This document shows positions 11,061 through 24,765 of a stretch of DNA of 64,000 nt, one piece after another. This DNA is from Octopus sinensis. Its lineage: Eukaryota. Location of the stretch: contig NC_043001.1 of NCBI RefSeq assembly GCF_006345805.1, positions 110,794,001-110,858,000 of the forward strand, in the 5' to 3' direction. Position numbers and translations under genes: made by a program. Numbering within the stretch: position 1 is the stretch's first letter; the number at the start of each line of letters is the position of its first letter. Below the pieces are notes generated by a model that did no database searches, was not told the DNA's origin, and saw nothing but the letters and a program-made list of their open reading frames with translations.

Positions 11061-11642
11061 GGCGGCGAGCTGGCTGAAGCGTTAGCACGCAGGGCGAAAT
11101 GTGTAGTCTTGTTTCGTCTGCCGTTACGTTCTGAGTTCAAATTCCGCCGAGGTCGACATTGCCTTTCATCCTTTCGGAGTCGATAAATTAAGTATCAGTT
11201 ATGCACTTGAGTCGATATAATCGACTTGATCCGTTTGTCTGTCCTTGTTTGTTCCCTCTGTGTTTAGCCCCTTGTGGGTAGTAAAGAAATAGTTATTTCA
11301 TCTGTTTTTGCGTTCTTATTTCAAATTCCGCCGAGGTCGACTTTGCCTTTCATCCTTTCGGGGTCGATTAAATAAGTACCAGTTACGCACTGGGGTCGAT
11401 GTAATCGACTTAATCTGTTTGTCTGTCCTTGTTTGTACCCTCTGTGTTTAGCCCCTTGTGGGTAGTAAAGAAATAGGTATTTCGTCTGTCTTTATGTTCT
11501 GAGTTCAAATCCTGTCGTGGTCGACTCTGCCTTTCATCCTTTCGGAGTCCATGAATTAAATACTAGTTACGCATTGGGGTCAATATAATCGATTGGCTCC
11601 ATTTCCCAAAACTTCGGGCCTTGTGCCAAGAGTCGAAAAGAT
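11061..11642 (+). mobile_element. SINE family B, one head plus three tandem 184-bp units
   Basis: tttcgtctg/tttcatctg at 11112, 11296 and 11480 (period 184); last unit ends in cccaaaacttcgggccttgtgcc. Confidence 0.9.
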
Positions 11643-11649
11643 TCTGTGT

Positions 11650-12290
11650 TGGGCAGGTATAAAAGACAAAAAGTTTGTTTATATGGTAATCAGACATGTC
11701 AAAGAGGTGGTCAATTGTCCTGTTGACAGTGCAGAGGACAAAGGCCGAGTAGATATATGCCGAAGTCACCACTATTTCCATGACAAATTTTACTGAAGAA
11801 GAGGGCACTGCAGATTTTGTATACGACGTATTAAATTAATAGAAGCAGTTGATAATTTGACATAACTCTAACTGCAATTTCGTACTAAAGGTAGTTGTGA
11901 CGTTCTTCGTATTGGGAGTTGATAAGATGAAAGAGGTGTCTAGATCTAATTGATATAAAACCAACATGTTTATATATGTTTATGAAGAGAAATACTAGAA
12001 TTGTTATGGAATTACAGTTTTGTATATGGAAGTTGCATAGTGATCTGGAGTTGAATTCGAGAGTGGTATCCGCATTGTTCGTTTGTGTATAGGACAGGAG
12101 ACTAAAAGTAGAATTCATAACATGAGCCTGACAGAGAGCTAGATATAAAAAATATCGACAGAGTTGTGTTGAAGAATGTGCCGCGTGATAGTGCAAAACA
12201 ATGTTATTTAACCAGCCTTGAAAATTTGAGAAATTGAATGATTGGGAAATATTGGCGTTTCCAGCTGGAATGGATGGACGGTGGAAGGTA
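11650..12290 (-). mobile_element. Possible very old LINE apurinic endonuclease relic
   Basis: Scattered motifs across frames: FSNFQGW, ILQHNSVDIF, SGDFG, TIDHLF; weak. Confidence 0.25.
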
Positions 12291-14549
12291 AACACTATAC
12301 ATTTTTGATGATGAATCTGATTTGACGGGTTATATTTTATTTTATTACCACCCTAACATCGACTAATGCAATTTATACATTTCGTTGCAAATGTGAAAGT
12401 TGCAAACTTTACGATTTTAACTGCTACAAAGGCGAAAGAATTAGATCAACCTCGAAGGGAGTTTATTAATAATTGAAAGCAACAAACAGCATCACACGGT
12501 GGTGCTCAAAAAGCTATTTCCCATGTAATTATAGGATGAATTATTGAATGAATATCGCAACAGAAGGGTACAGTTAACACACCTCAGACACTCTACAAAT
12601 GGCAGGATTGTTTGTATAAACACAGGTCATCCTCCATAAATTAAAAAGGCTCGAAACGCAGCACATCCTGTAGATTGTGCAGAGATAACGTGGTTACGCT
12701 AATGAAAATGAAATTAGCAATTTTATTTTTACTCACGAACAGAAAATAAGTGATACACTGATAAGGAGCAAAGCCAACTATACTAAAAGAAAACAGTAGA
12801 TCGAAAATCATTTGAAATTTTAATATATCATATTTAAAAATAACGACATTCCCCATAAATAGATACTTTGTGTAACTGAATCAGTATTCTATCATACCGG
12901 ACCAATTTCAAGATCAAATTTATAAATAATAATAACTCCAATGGAAGGTAATATACTCTTTGAATTTTTCTACACGTATTCTCTAAATCTTTTCACACAG
13001 AGTGTTTCTTTGCGACATCAGAGTTTGTATTTTTACGTTATTTCAATCAAATCTCTCATGCCCGCTTACTGTCAGGTTTTATCTCTGTTCTATATAGGAA
13101 AATAGCTGCAACGCTAACCTTTTGATGAAAATAGATTCTTTGGTTCTTTGTATAAAATATCGGTTGTACTTTACGTTTTGCAAATTTGAAATTGGATTCA
13201 GTTTAACTGTCAGATTCCGATCAGCCCTTGATGAATACTTCACCGACTTTGTTTTATCATGACACCATTGACGACGCATCTGCATAAAGCCACAATAAAT
13301 TAGTACCTGGGGGTTAGTTTTGTATTATTAATCAACATAGACTTTCTGATAAAAATGGTGTGCTAGCTTCGGTTTTCCTTTACATTTTATCTATTTCAAA
13401 TTGGATTTTGTTGGACAAGTCAGTTTGATATTAGACCTTGATAAATGCTGTAGCGACGTTGGTTTTATCATCACACTCTTATTCGTACCGCATCAAATTA
13501 TAACCACAATAATTTAACACTTGGCAATTGTTTTGTATGATTGATCCAGTATATTTATACTAAGATTTTTATCAACAATGTTATAATAAATCTCTTTTAT
13601 AAATATACCTTCGACGGAGACTCTAAGTTTGAATAGAAAAACAATAATAGTTTTCTTATAATTTACAAAGCTTCCCACCGTACTTTATATATTTCGAACA
13701 GAATTCTGTTTGATAACCAATTTTCTTGCAACTCCTGAATACAAGAGTTAATTAGATCTCATCCGTATACTTCAGTTCAAAAATTCCAACTTCATATTCT
13801 TAGAAGTTCATTTCCAGAATAATATAAAAGTTGAACTTGCAATATATAAATTCTAAAATTTCTGCATAAATCTACATTTCGATTGAAATTTCATGGAAAC
13901 CAGCTATTTCGTCTCTATTGTGTGTACATTTAAACTACAGACTATACAATTATCAAATACTGAGATTTACAATGAAACCATTCCTTCCAAACTAACATAA
14001 AACAATTAATACATTTAATAGTATCAAAAATTCGTCCATGAAACAAAACAAAATTACAACAGCCAAAAATAACTTAGAAAGAAAGAAAATAATGATTGAA
14101 TTTATGAATGATATAAACCTCAAAAGTCGAAATTTCAGAAAGCCAGTTTATTACAGACACAGAGGCTGAGAGTTGAAAAGGGAAACTAGATATTACATAT
14201 ACACATAAGACGCACAAAATGTCACACTTCGAAAACGTAATTCATCTATGAATCTATCATTGTGAAATAAATAAAAGGAAGACGTCCGTGTGTAACCAAG
14301 ACACGCCTCTGAATAATTTACGAAAGAAACAGCTGAGTTTTCCTGCAGCATTTCGGCAAATCCATGAAATAAATAATCTACAAAATATAATGTATTAAGA
14401 GAGCATGTTGTAACAAACATATATACACACGTGCATGCATATATACACATGCATACATACTATATATATATATAATATATATATATATATATACATGTAT
14501 AAGCCTATACATATTCACACTCATTTTCTTTGTCAATGCGGGACAAACC

Positions 14550-14599
<50 letters not shown>

Positions 14600-15262
14600 C
14601 TAGTGTCATCAAAACCTGTTTAGGGTGGAGATCTTCTTGTCAAGGGGAGCCCAACGCACTATGATCCAAAATCCTCCTGTCGCTGCACTACCTGTAAGTT
14701 GTGGAAGACGGGTTGCAACAGAATGACGTGAGTTCCTATGTCATTAGATTTGCGTCTTTCTAACCTGTCCATTAAATATTGCCCTATTTCGCTAGGATCA
14801 ATCGTTGAGTTCGGAGAAGTAGCTTCCTCCACTTCATCTACCATTGGGGTCCTAGATTGGTGTGGTGAGATAAAAGGACAGCGCTCCTGTGCCCTTGCGT
14901 GAACAGATTTTGTTTTTCTTTCTGATGGGTGCCCTCACACGATCCTCCAAGATCAAGCAAGCTCAACCAAGATGGACGCTAGATTAGTCCCCGACCACCC
15001 AACTATGATTGAGAAGAGCGGTTGTACAGGAAGAACTTGTTGTCTCCAGAAAGAAACCTCAGCACCACACACACACACATACACACACACACAAGCAAAG
15101 TCAAACCTAAACACACATATATGTATACGTATACATGTATGATATACAAATGAGAGGGATGACCACTATGTGGACAACCCTTATGCTAGAAGTAGATCCG
15201 GTATGGCCTTACCACTAAGAAATTTTCTCAAGAAAAATTTAGCAATCACCATGTATGTATAT

Positions 15263-15412
15263 TACGACGGCTTCTTTTAGTTTCCGTCTACCAAATTCAT
15301 TCAGAAGGCTTAGGTCAGCCTGTTACAGTAGAAGACATTTGACGAAAGGTGCCACACACTGAGGCTGAACCCAGAACCATGTAATTGAGAAACGAGCTTC
15401 TTACCACACAGA
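15263..15412 (-). mobile_element. SINE family A, 5' half, diverged
   Basis: gtttccgtctaccaaatt...agaaccatgt...cttcttaccacacag. Confidence 0.75.
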
Positions 15413-15563
15413 AACATCTCAAGAACATGCATGGTTGCCAATAATCAATCATATACATTTAAATTTAACGAATTATATTTCAGGTATTCATTGAGGGAAA
15501 TATTCATCGTCTAAAGCGACGTAAAACCCATAATATACGCATATATGCATATATATATATACA

Positions 15564-15622
<59 letters not shown>

Positions 15623-16496
15623 TATATATAAATACACATATGCGAATATTTATAGATATATGTCTGCATGTATGTATGAATGTATGTAGGTAGGTACGTT
15701 GGTAGGTATGTATATACGTATATACGTATATGCGTGCGTATTTGCATGTGCCTCTATGCGAGGATATGATACATTGAGGGTATTATTGCTTGATTGAATA
15801 TAAAAGAAAGCACATGTTTACATAATTTGCGCTAGATTATGAGATTGAAATCATGAAATGACATAAAAATTTCACTGCTGAAAAGCATTTATAAAAATTT
15901 TGATAGTCTATGAAGCTGAAAGATAAATTGTCACCACAGGAAAAGGAGAGAAAAGATTGCTAATACGAAAACTTATTAGCCCGCGAAAAAAATGATTTCA
16001 ACTAATTCACTCTTGGTTTTTTTAGCGAATAAAGTCGTCTTAAATATTATAAGCTTAATTTATAATCGGGAATTCGTAATCTAGGATCTTCACAGGCGCC
16101 AGAAGCTAAAATTAGATACAAAAGTATGTAGAGAGAGGATTCATAATTAAAATCGTCTTAATGTCAGTTTTGTTCGAGTGTAAATTTTGTGACAAAATAA
16201 AATAGCTCTGGTAAAGAAAACAGATTATATGCACTTCCCCTACCCACACAACAACAAAAACACGACTGAAGCTGACAAAAAATAGCTTTGAAAAGAGAAT
16301 GTTTAAAAAACAAATATTGAAAAGTGATATTCTAATGGATGTTTATTTAAAGTTTATGTTACTTCAACATATACATTTTTAAGGGAGGAAATTTTGTTTA
16401 ATAAGTTTAAAAGAGGTCAGAAGGAAGGAAATTATATCAGTGTATATCACATACAAACACAAACACACACGTACATACGGATATGTGCGTACAATG

Positions 16497-16843
<347 letters not shown>

Positions 16844-17867
16844 ATAAAAAAAACGGAAATACAAACAGCTACGTATCATAGCGCTTGAAACTCACGATGA
16901 GAGGTATTCATTACGTCAGCCGGGCTGTTCTGAGGAATATCCTTGAAGAGAATACAAAACTCTGAGTAATGAAATGCTTGAACTATAAACCTGCATTCTC
17001 TGTTTTTATTATTTATTGTTATTTAGTTATTCGTATCTATTTTCGCTTTTCTCTTACGACGAGGATACGTGCCCCACGATGATTGTACTTCAGAGACACG
17101 CACTCTCACATACACACACATAAAAACGCTCTCACACGCTCAAACACACACACACACACACATCTACACTTATATGCGCTTGTACATATGTTCTCTTACG
17201 TATATGAATGTGTGGCTAGTGTTTCTGTGTGTGTCTGTGTGTGTTTCGAGTTGCAATAAATACTTAGATCAAAAGTTTGGCCGTGTAAAATTATTCTTAA
17301 ATATTCAAAATTTAACCTCGTTCTAGTTTTCGAATTTCGTTGATAAATTTATAAGCTCTTAAGGAATTTGGTTCAGAAATATAAAACAAAAACAGAATCG
17401 TAAATTTACTGAACAGAATCGACAAATATATTCCAGTATAATATACAGATTCGTTTCAAGAAACTGTGAGGGTTTTCTCACTCTCTCTCTCCTCTCTATC
17501 TCTCTCTCTCTCTCTCTCTTCCTCTCTCTCTCTCTCTCTCTGCCTGTATGTGTGCGTGTTTTTATATGTGTTTTTGTTTTCTAAACAATTTCATTAATTC
17601 AAACTCTGAATAACGTAATAAGGATGACCTTCATTTCTTTAATTACAAGTTGCGATATTTTATATACAAAACTTGAAATTTTCAAGGATGTGTTATATTA
17701 ATACATACATATATGTATGTGTATCCATGAATATCTATCTCTCTTCATCACTGCCACTCATTCTCTCTCTCAATCTTTCTACATGTAAGCATGTATACAT
17801 ATATAGACATGCACATACATATACAAGCACACGCTCTTATATATATATATATGTAAATATTTATATA

Positions 17868-18215
17868 GGCGTGAGAGTAGCTGTGTGGTAAGTAGCTTAC
17901 TTACGAACCACATGGTTCCGGGTCCAGTCCTATTGCATGGCACCTTGGGCAAGTGTCATCTACTATAGCCTCGGAACGACCAAACACTTGTGAGTGGATT
18001 TGGTAGACAAAAACCCGTCTTATTTATATATGTATATATGTTGTGTGTCTGTGTTTGTCAACCGATGCTGGTGTGTTTACGTCCCCGTAAATTAGCGGTT
18101 CGGCAAGATAGAATAAGTACTAGGTTTACAAAAAAATAAGATTTACTCGACTAAATGCGTTGCTCCAGCATGGCCACAGTCAAATGACTGAAACAAGTAA
18201 AAGAGAGTAAAGAGT
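17868..18215 (+). mobile_element. SINE family A
   Basis: Head to tail recognisable with internal deletions. Confidence 0.9.
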
Positions 18216-18548
18216 ATATTCTCCTTTGAGTATTACAACAATTATTTCCCGCAGGCTGGATACTCTACCTGAAACAGAGGACTTTTAAACATTCTTGTGA
18301 AGCTTTTAGTATTTTCTTGCCCTTTTTCACAGTTCTCAGAATTTCAAATTTCAGTTTAAACCGTACTTACTGCATTTAAAGTTATACACGGCTGCTACGA
18401 ACTCTTACACACTCACATCAACAGAGAATTTCACATTGTAGTCGTCTTCTCCATCTCCTCGTAAACCACTCAGCTTCGCTCTCCTCTTCCATACCACATC
18501 TCTAAAAATAGCATAGGTACACTAGCAATCACTACCGTACTAACAATT

Positions 18549-18965
18549 ACTCTTACTCTTTTACTCTCTTTTACTTGTTTCAGTCATTTTACTGCGGCCA
18601 TGCTGGAGCACCGCCTTTAGTGGAGCAAATCGACCCCGGGACTTATCTTTGTAAAGCCCAGTACTTATTCTATCGTCTCTCTTTGCGAGCCGCTAGGTGA
18701 CGGGGACGTAAACACACCAACTCGGTTGTCAAGCAATGCTAGGGGGACAAACAGGGACAAACAAACATATATAGACACATACATATATATATATATATGT
18801 ACATATATACGACAGGCTTCTTTCAGTTTCCGTCTACCAAATCCACTCACAAGACATTGGTCGGCCCGGGGCTATAGCAGAAACACTTGCCCAAAATGCC
18901 ACGGACTGAACCCTGAACCATGTGGTTGGTAAGCAAGCTACTTACCACAAAGCCACTCCTGCGCC
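18549..18965 (-). mobile_element. SINE family A, full-length
   Basis: Reverse complement of consensus. Confidence 0.92.
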
Positions 18966-19687
18966 TATAATTGCCAGTATACGTTTGAATACCTCAATAC
19001 ACATACATGTAGCAAACTTGCTCTCATACTACATGTGGCAACATCTATACTCAGAAAAAACATTTATATTTTTCTACACTCAAGTCACTTCTATCCAAAA
19101 ACACGGCATTCTCATCTACTTTCGGACAATGTACTCGTTTTGGTTTACGTTATGTTTTCCAGTTTCTCATTTGCTCTGTACATCCGTTTGTTTTTCTTCT
19201 GCTAATTGGCTAACGCCCGAAACGTTACATCGTGTTTTCTTTCCATTCAAGCTTCAAGCTAATATTTTATAATATTTTATCCCTTACAATTTCTTCCAAC
19301 TGCGTTGTCTTCTTTTTTCTTAGTTGTACCTGCTCTTAGCATTCTCTCTCCTCTCTCTCTCCTCTCTCTCTTCTCTCTTCTCTCTCTCCTCTCTCTCTCT
19401 CTCCCTCTCTCCTCTTCCTCTCCTCTCTCTCTCTCTCTCTGTTTTTATATGTATGTATCTATCTATCTATCTAGAAATGATGGGGAGAAAACAGTATAGA
19501 GTCGCATCAAAAAGGTCATTCTTTGTATATTTTTTCTATTACTTTTCTTTTCCATTTTTTTCTGTCGTTATTTTCGTATCTAACTCATTTGTTTTCCTAT
19601 TTTATACTGTTTACTGTTGGTGACGTCTCGTACGCATATATGCACATATATATAGATATGTATATATTTATATGTGCATATATACAT

Positions 19688-19748
<61 letters not shown>

Positions 19749-19759
19749 TAGATAGATAC

Positions 19760-19794
<35 letters not shown>

Positions 19795-19886
19795 TACATA
19801 TACATACTTCTATATAGATATATATTATTTTATTATTTAATTGAACGTTACGCATCCATTTCCAAGTAAGTATATATATATATATA

Positions 19887-19918
<32 letters not shown>

Positions 19919-20448
19919 GATAGAGAGAGAGAGAGGGGAGTAGAAACTGAACGGAACCAAGAAGGACACCATTAAATGGACGGTTAACTTTAACTTCCAG
20001 TGGTAAGCGATTTTGTACGCAGTAATTAGGTATCCTAAACAAGCTTCATTTTGCAGTTAAACGCACTACATCAAACATGACTAAGATAGTTTTTGCAAAG
20101 GCATTTCATGTGTAACCCTCTCATTGATCAAGATTTTTTAATGCGCCTTCTCACTTTTCCATGCGATCTAAAATTGATCTGCTTTCTGTTTGTAATAGGT
20201 CCAGAACACTCGTAGTGACAACGTAGTTGACTTATAATTGATATAGTCTGAAAATTAAAGTGGTGTGTCCTATTTAACCGTGTCTTGAAGTAGACACTAC
20301 AGCTTCAAGCACTTACAGTTAGAAACCTTTAGTCTCTATTCATTTCATCACACAATAAAACGTGTAGCTTAATATTGACTTTAAATCTATTCTCTGATGC
20401 AGAAGCTATTCTTATAACAATTAATAAAAGCAACAGATAATTGGGATT

Positions 20449-20835
20449 CATGTTCCGGGTTTAGACCTACTGCGTGGCACCTTGGGCAAGTGTCTTCTAC
20501 TATAGCTTCGGGCCGACCAAAGCCTTGTGAGTGGATTTGGTAGAGGGAAACTCAAAGAAACACGTCGTATATATGTGCATATATATATACGTGTGTGTGT
20601 GTGTGCGTGCATGTGTGTGTGTGTGAGTGTGTGTCTGTGTTTGTCCCCCCAATATTGCTTGACAACTGATGCAGGTGTGTTTACGTCGCCGTAATTTGGC
20701 GGTTCTGCGAAAGAGACCGATAGAATAAGTACCAGGCTGACAAAGAATAAGTCCTGGGATCGATTTGCTCGACTAAAGACGGTGCTCCAGCATGGCCACA
20801 GTCAAATGACTGAAACAAATAAAAGTGTAAAAGAG
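20449..20835 (+). mobile_element. SINE family A, 5'-truncated
   Basis: Begins at catgttccgggt; body and tail intact. Confidence 0.9.
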
Positions 20836-21501
20836 CGCATTATACATTACAAATTAATGCTAGATTAAAGTCAGTAGTTTTGTATGAATGCCTGTGACAC
20901 TTTCCGTAAAATATTCATGCATTTCTCAAGAGTTCAGAGATGTAATTGAACCTGTCATAATTGGGTATCGAAAGCAAATGTTTGCCACTTTACACTTAAT
21001 ACTTGTCATTCTTAGTTCAAGAAACTTGTTACGCTGTATAGTTCCACAAGTAGTTTGCAAAATTCCCTGATATGAACACTCTTTTTTTTTTTCTCATGAT
21101 GATTTTCTACTTAAGTTTCGTTTGCTAATACTGTTGAATACATCTAGCTGCTGATAGTTCAACAAACCGGAAATGCTGATGTAACCCGTGGAAGAAAATC
21201 TGATTTTCCTCTACAATATGTAGGCGGAGGGTTAAATGACAATTTTATCCACATCAAATCATGTTAATTATAGTTTTTAAATCAATTTCCTGTCTGTCAA
21301 AGGAATAATACCTTGTTTTACACAGCGCACAGAAAAGTCTAGATCTAAACCATTAAATCTGAACGATGAAAACAATAAGACGAATGAGTAATCATTAACA
21401 GATGCTCCACGTGACGCAAACAAATACAAGAACATATATTGCTTAGATTGTGATGTTATACGTGTCAATATACGTACATAAATATATGTGTGTGTGTATG
21501 T

Positions 21502-21553
<52 letters not shown>

Positions 21554-21734
21554 CCGGAGTAAGCACATAAATGTGAAACAAGGTGGAAAAAAGAGTACTC
21601 AAATACCAGATGCAGAGTAATATGCTTTATATAAAAGCAGCAGAAATATTATATTTCTGCAGCTTTTAAATAAAGTGTATATATATGTATTTGTGTATGT
21701 ATGTATGTATGTATGTATGTATATATGTTTGAGA

Positions 21735-21940
21735 AGGTACATGGCTTAATGGTTAATGTATTCGGCTTACAATTATGAGGCTGTGAGTTCGATTCCCGGC
21801 GACCCGTTGTGTCTTTCAGTGGGACCCTTTGTTTCATGTTGCTCAACTCATCTCTCAAAAATGAATTGTTCCTGTAATTCAAAAGAGCCAGCCTTATCAC
21901 ATTTTGTGTCACGCTGACTCTCCCTGAGAACTACGTTAAC
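21735..21940 (+). mobile_element. SINE family C, 3'-truncated (second copy at 23116-23321)
   Basis: ggtacatggcttaatggttaatg...gagttcgattcccggcg head and core. Confidence 0.8.
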
Positions 21941-22004
21941 ACGGGGACTCCCGACCCTCATTTTATGCTCCATCTCACGGCCCCAATACGATATCTTAAT
22001 TTTA

Positions 22005-22413
22005 GGCGTAGGAGGGGCTGTGGTGTAAGTAGCTTGCTTACCAACCACATGATTCAAGGTTCAGTCCCACTGCGTGACACTGGGCAATTGACTTCTGCTA
22101 TAGTCTCGGGGTGACCAAAGCTTTGTGAGTGGATTTGGTAGACGGAAACTGAAAGAAGCCCGTCGTATATGTGTATATATATATGTGTGTGTGTTTGTGT
22201 GTTTGTTTTAGTGTGTCTGTGCTTGTCCCCCCAACATCGCTTGACAACAGATGCTGGTTTGTTTAAGTCCACGTAACTTAGCGGTTCAACAAAAAAGAGA
22301 CAGATAGAATAAGTAATCAGCTTACAAAGAAAAAGTCCTGGGGTCGATTTGCTTGACTAAAGGAGGTGCTCAGGCATGGCCATAGTCAACTGACTGAAAC
22401 AAGCAAAAGAGTA
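22005..22413 (+). mobile_element. SINE family A (second copy at 23386-23784)
   Basis: Full-length consensus match. Confidence 0.92.
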
Positions 22414-22863
22414 ATATAGTGTGTATGTATGTATGTATGTATGTATGTATGAATGTACGTATGTATGTATGTATGTATGTATGTATGAATGTATGTATGT
22501 ATGTAAGTATGTATGTATGTATGTATGTATGTATGTATGTATGTATGCATCTGCGTGTCTGTGTGTGTATGTATCACACCGTGTGTATATGTGTGTATGC
22601 GTACGAGCGATCTGGTACCTGTGCAAATATGTACCTATGTGTGTATGAAGTGTGTATTTATAGATATTGATTTGGCTGAATCCCTTGACCATAAATGTTA
22701 TGTTTATTCATATTAAATATACATGCACTTATTTGTGTGTATGTGTGTGTATACATTTATGTGCTCGCATATGAACGTATAAATATACTGTGTATATGTA
22801 TATATATATATATATATACATAATATATATAAATTTATATACATATATTTTGTTATATATATT

Positions 22864-22934
<71 letters not shown>

Positions 22935-24232
22935 CCGGAGTAAGCACATAAATGTGAAACAAGGTGGAAAAAAGAGTACTCAAATACCAGATGCAGAGTA
23001 ATATGCTTTATATAAAAGCAGCAGAAATATTATATTTCTGCAGCTTTTAAATAAAGTGTATATATATGTATGTGTGTATGTATGTATGTATGTATGTATG
23101 TATATATGTTTGAGAAGGCACATGGCTTAATGGTTAATGTATTCGGCTTACAATTATGAGGCTGTGAGTTCGATTCCCGGCGACCCGTTGTGTCTTTCAG
23201 TGGGACCCTTTGTTTCGTGTTGCTCAACTCATCTCTCAAAAATGAATTGTTCCTGTAATTCAAAAGAGCCAGCCTAATCACATTTTGTGTCACGCTGACT
23301 CTCCCTGAGAACGACGTTAACACGGGGACTCCCGACCCTCATTTTATGCTCCATCTCACGGCCCCAATACGATATCTTAATTTTAGGCGTAGGAGGGGCT
23401 GTGGTGTAAGTAGCTTGCTTACCAACCACATGATTCAAGGTTCAGTCCCACTGCGTGACCCTGGGCAATTGACTTCTGCTATAGTCTCGGGGTGACCAAA
23501 GCCTTGTGAGTGGATTTGGTAGACGGAAACTGAAAGAAGCCCATATATATATGTGTGTGTGTGTTTGTGTGTTTGTTTTAGTGTGTCTGTGCTTGTCCCC
23601 CCCAACATCGCTTGACAACAGATGCTGGTGTGTTTAAGTCCACGTAACTTAGCGGTTCAACAAAAAAGAGACAGATAGAATAAGTAATCGGCTTACAAAG
23701 AAAAAGTCCTGGGGTCGATTTGCTTGACTAAAGGAGGTGCTCAGACATGGCCACAGTCAACTGACTGAAACAAGCAAAAGAGTAATATAGTGTGTATGTA
23801 TGTATGTATGTATGTATGTATGTATGAATGTACGTATGTATGTATGTATGTATGTATGTATGAATGTGTGTATGTATGTAAGTATGTATGTATGTATGTA
23901 TGTATGTATGTATGTATGCATCTGCGTGTCTGTGTATGTATGTATCACACCGTGTGTATATGTGTGTGTGCGTACGAGCGATCTGGTACCTGTGCAAATA
24001 TGTACCTATGTGTGTATGAAGTGTGTATTTATAGCTATTGATTTGGCTGAATCCCTTGACCATAAATGTTATGTTTATTCATATTAAATATACATGCACT
24101 TATTTGTGTGTATGTGTGTGTATACATTTATGTGCTCGCATATGAACGTATAAATATACTGTGTATATGTATATATATATATATATACATAAATATATAT
24201 AAATTTATATACATATATTTTGTTATATATAT

Positions 24233-24292
<60 letters not shown>

Positions 24293-24296
<4 letters not shown>

Positions 24297-24706
24297 TTTT
24301 TTGCCACCCTATATTGATTAATTATGAATTTTCTGGTAATTCCGTAATGGAATCGACGGCTTATATTTATTTGCTGCCGATAAATTTGGCGCGAGTGCGA
24401 TGATTTGAAAATTTTAGGTCAGATATTAACTTGGCAGGGTCGGAATGCCTCGTGTAAATATCTGTTCCGACTTGTGGCTATTTCTTACTGAAGAATCTGA
24501 GGGCCTATGGAAGATTGGCTTGATTTAATTTAATCAGGTTAGTTTACCATTAAACAGCAGACGAAACGGTGCATCGTATAAGAAATTACAGGGTAAATGT
24601 TTTTTTAAATTTTCTCCTGTTTACGGAATTGACTTTTATTTGCGGTTGAAGCTTTGGCTGTAATTTCTAGTGGGTGAATGGCCTATTATGGCCGTTCCTT
24701 GATTGT
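24293..24706 (+). mobile_element. 485-bp-unit HHR repeat family, partial single unit
   Basis: Collinear with 62580-63000; ends ggccgttccttgattgt then (TA)n; TA on both sides. Confidence 0.92.
24480..24586 (+). ncRNA. Type I hammerhead ribozyme motif with long branched stem II
   Basis: atttctta CTGAAGA [24488-24494] a tctg ... caga c GAAA [24563-24566] C ggtgcatc GTA| taagaaat; 8-bp perfect stem I; stem III ACGG/TCGT with TGCA loop. Confidence 0.85.
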
Positions 24707-24734
24707 TAATATATATATATATATATTATATATA

Positions 24735-24765
<31 letters not shown>

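Larger units (their letters stand above)
21551..24292 (+). repeat. Tandem direct duplication, unit about 1381 bp
   Basis: ataccggagtaagcacataaatg at 21551 and 22932; the units differ by scattered SNPs and microsatellite length; junctions in (TA)n. Confidence 0.95.

Noticed and set aside
16925-16975. ttgaagagaatacaaaactctgagta, possible decayed hammerhead
   Set aside because: Both core segments mutated and stems not convincing
19198-19232. ctgctaatt ggc taac gcc cgaaacgtta, hammerhead-like
   Set aside because: Core CUGANGA not matched and no stem I pairing
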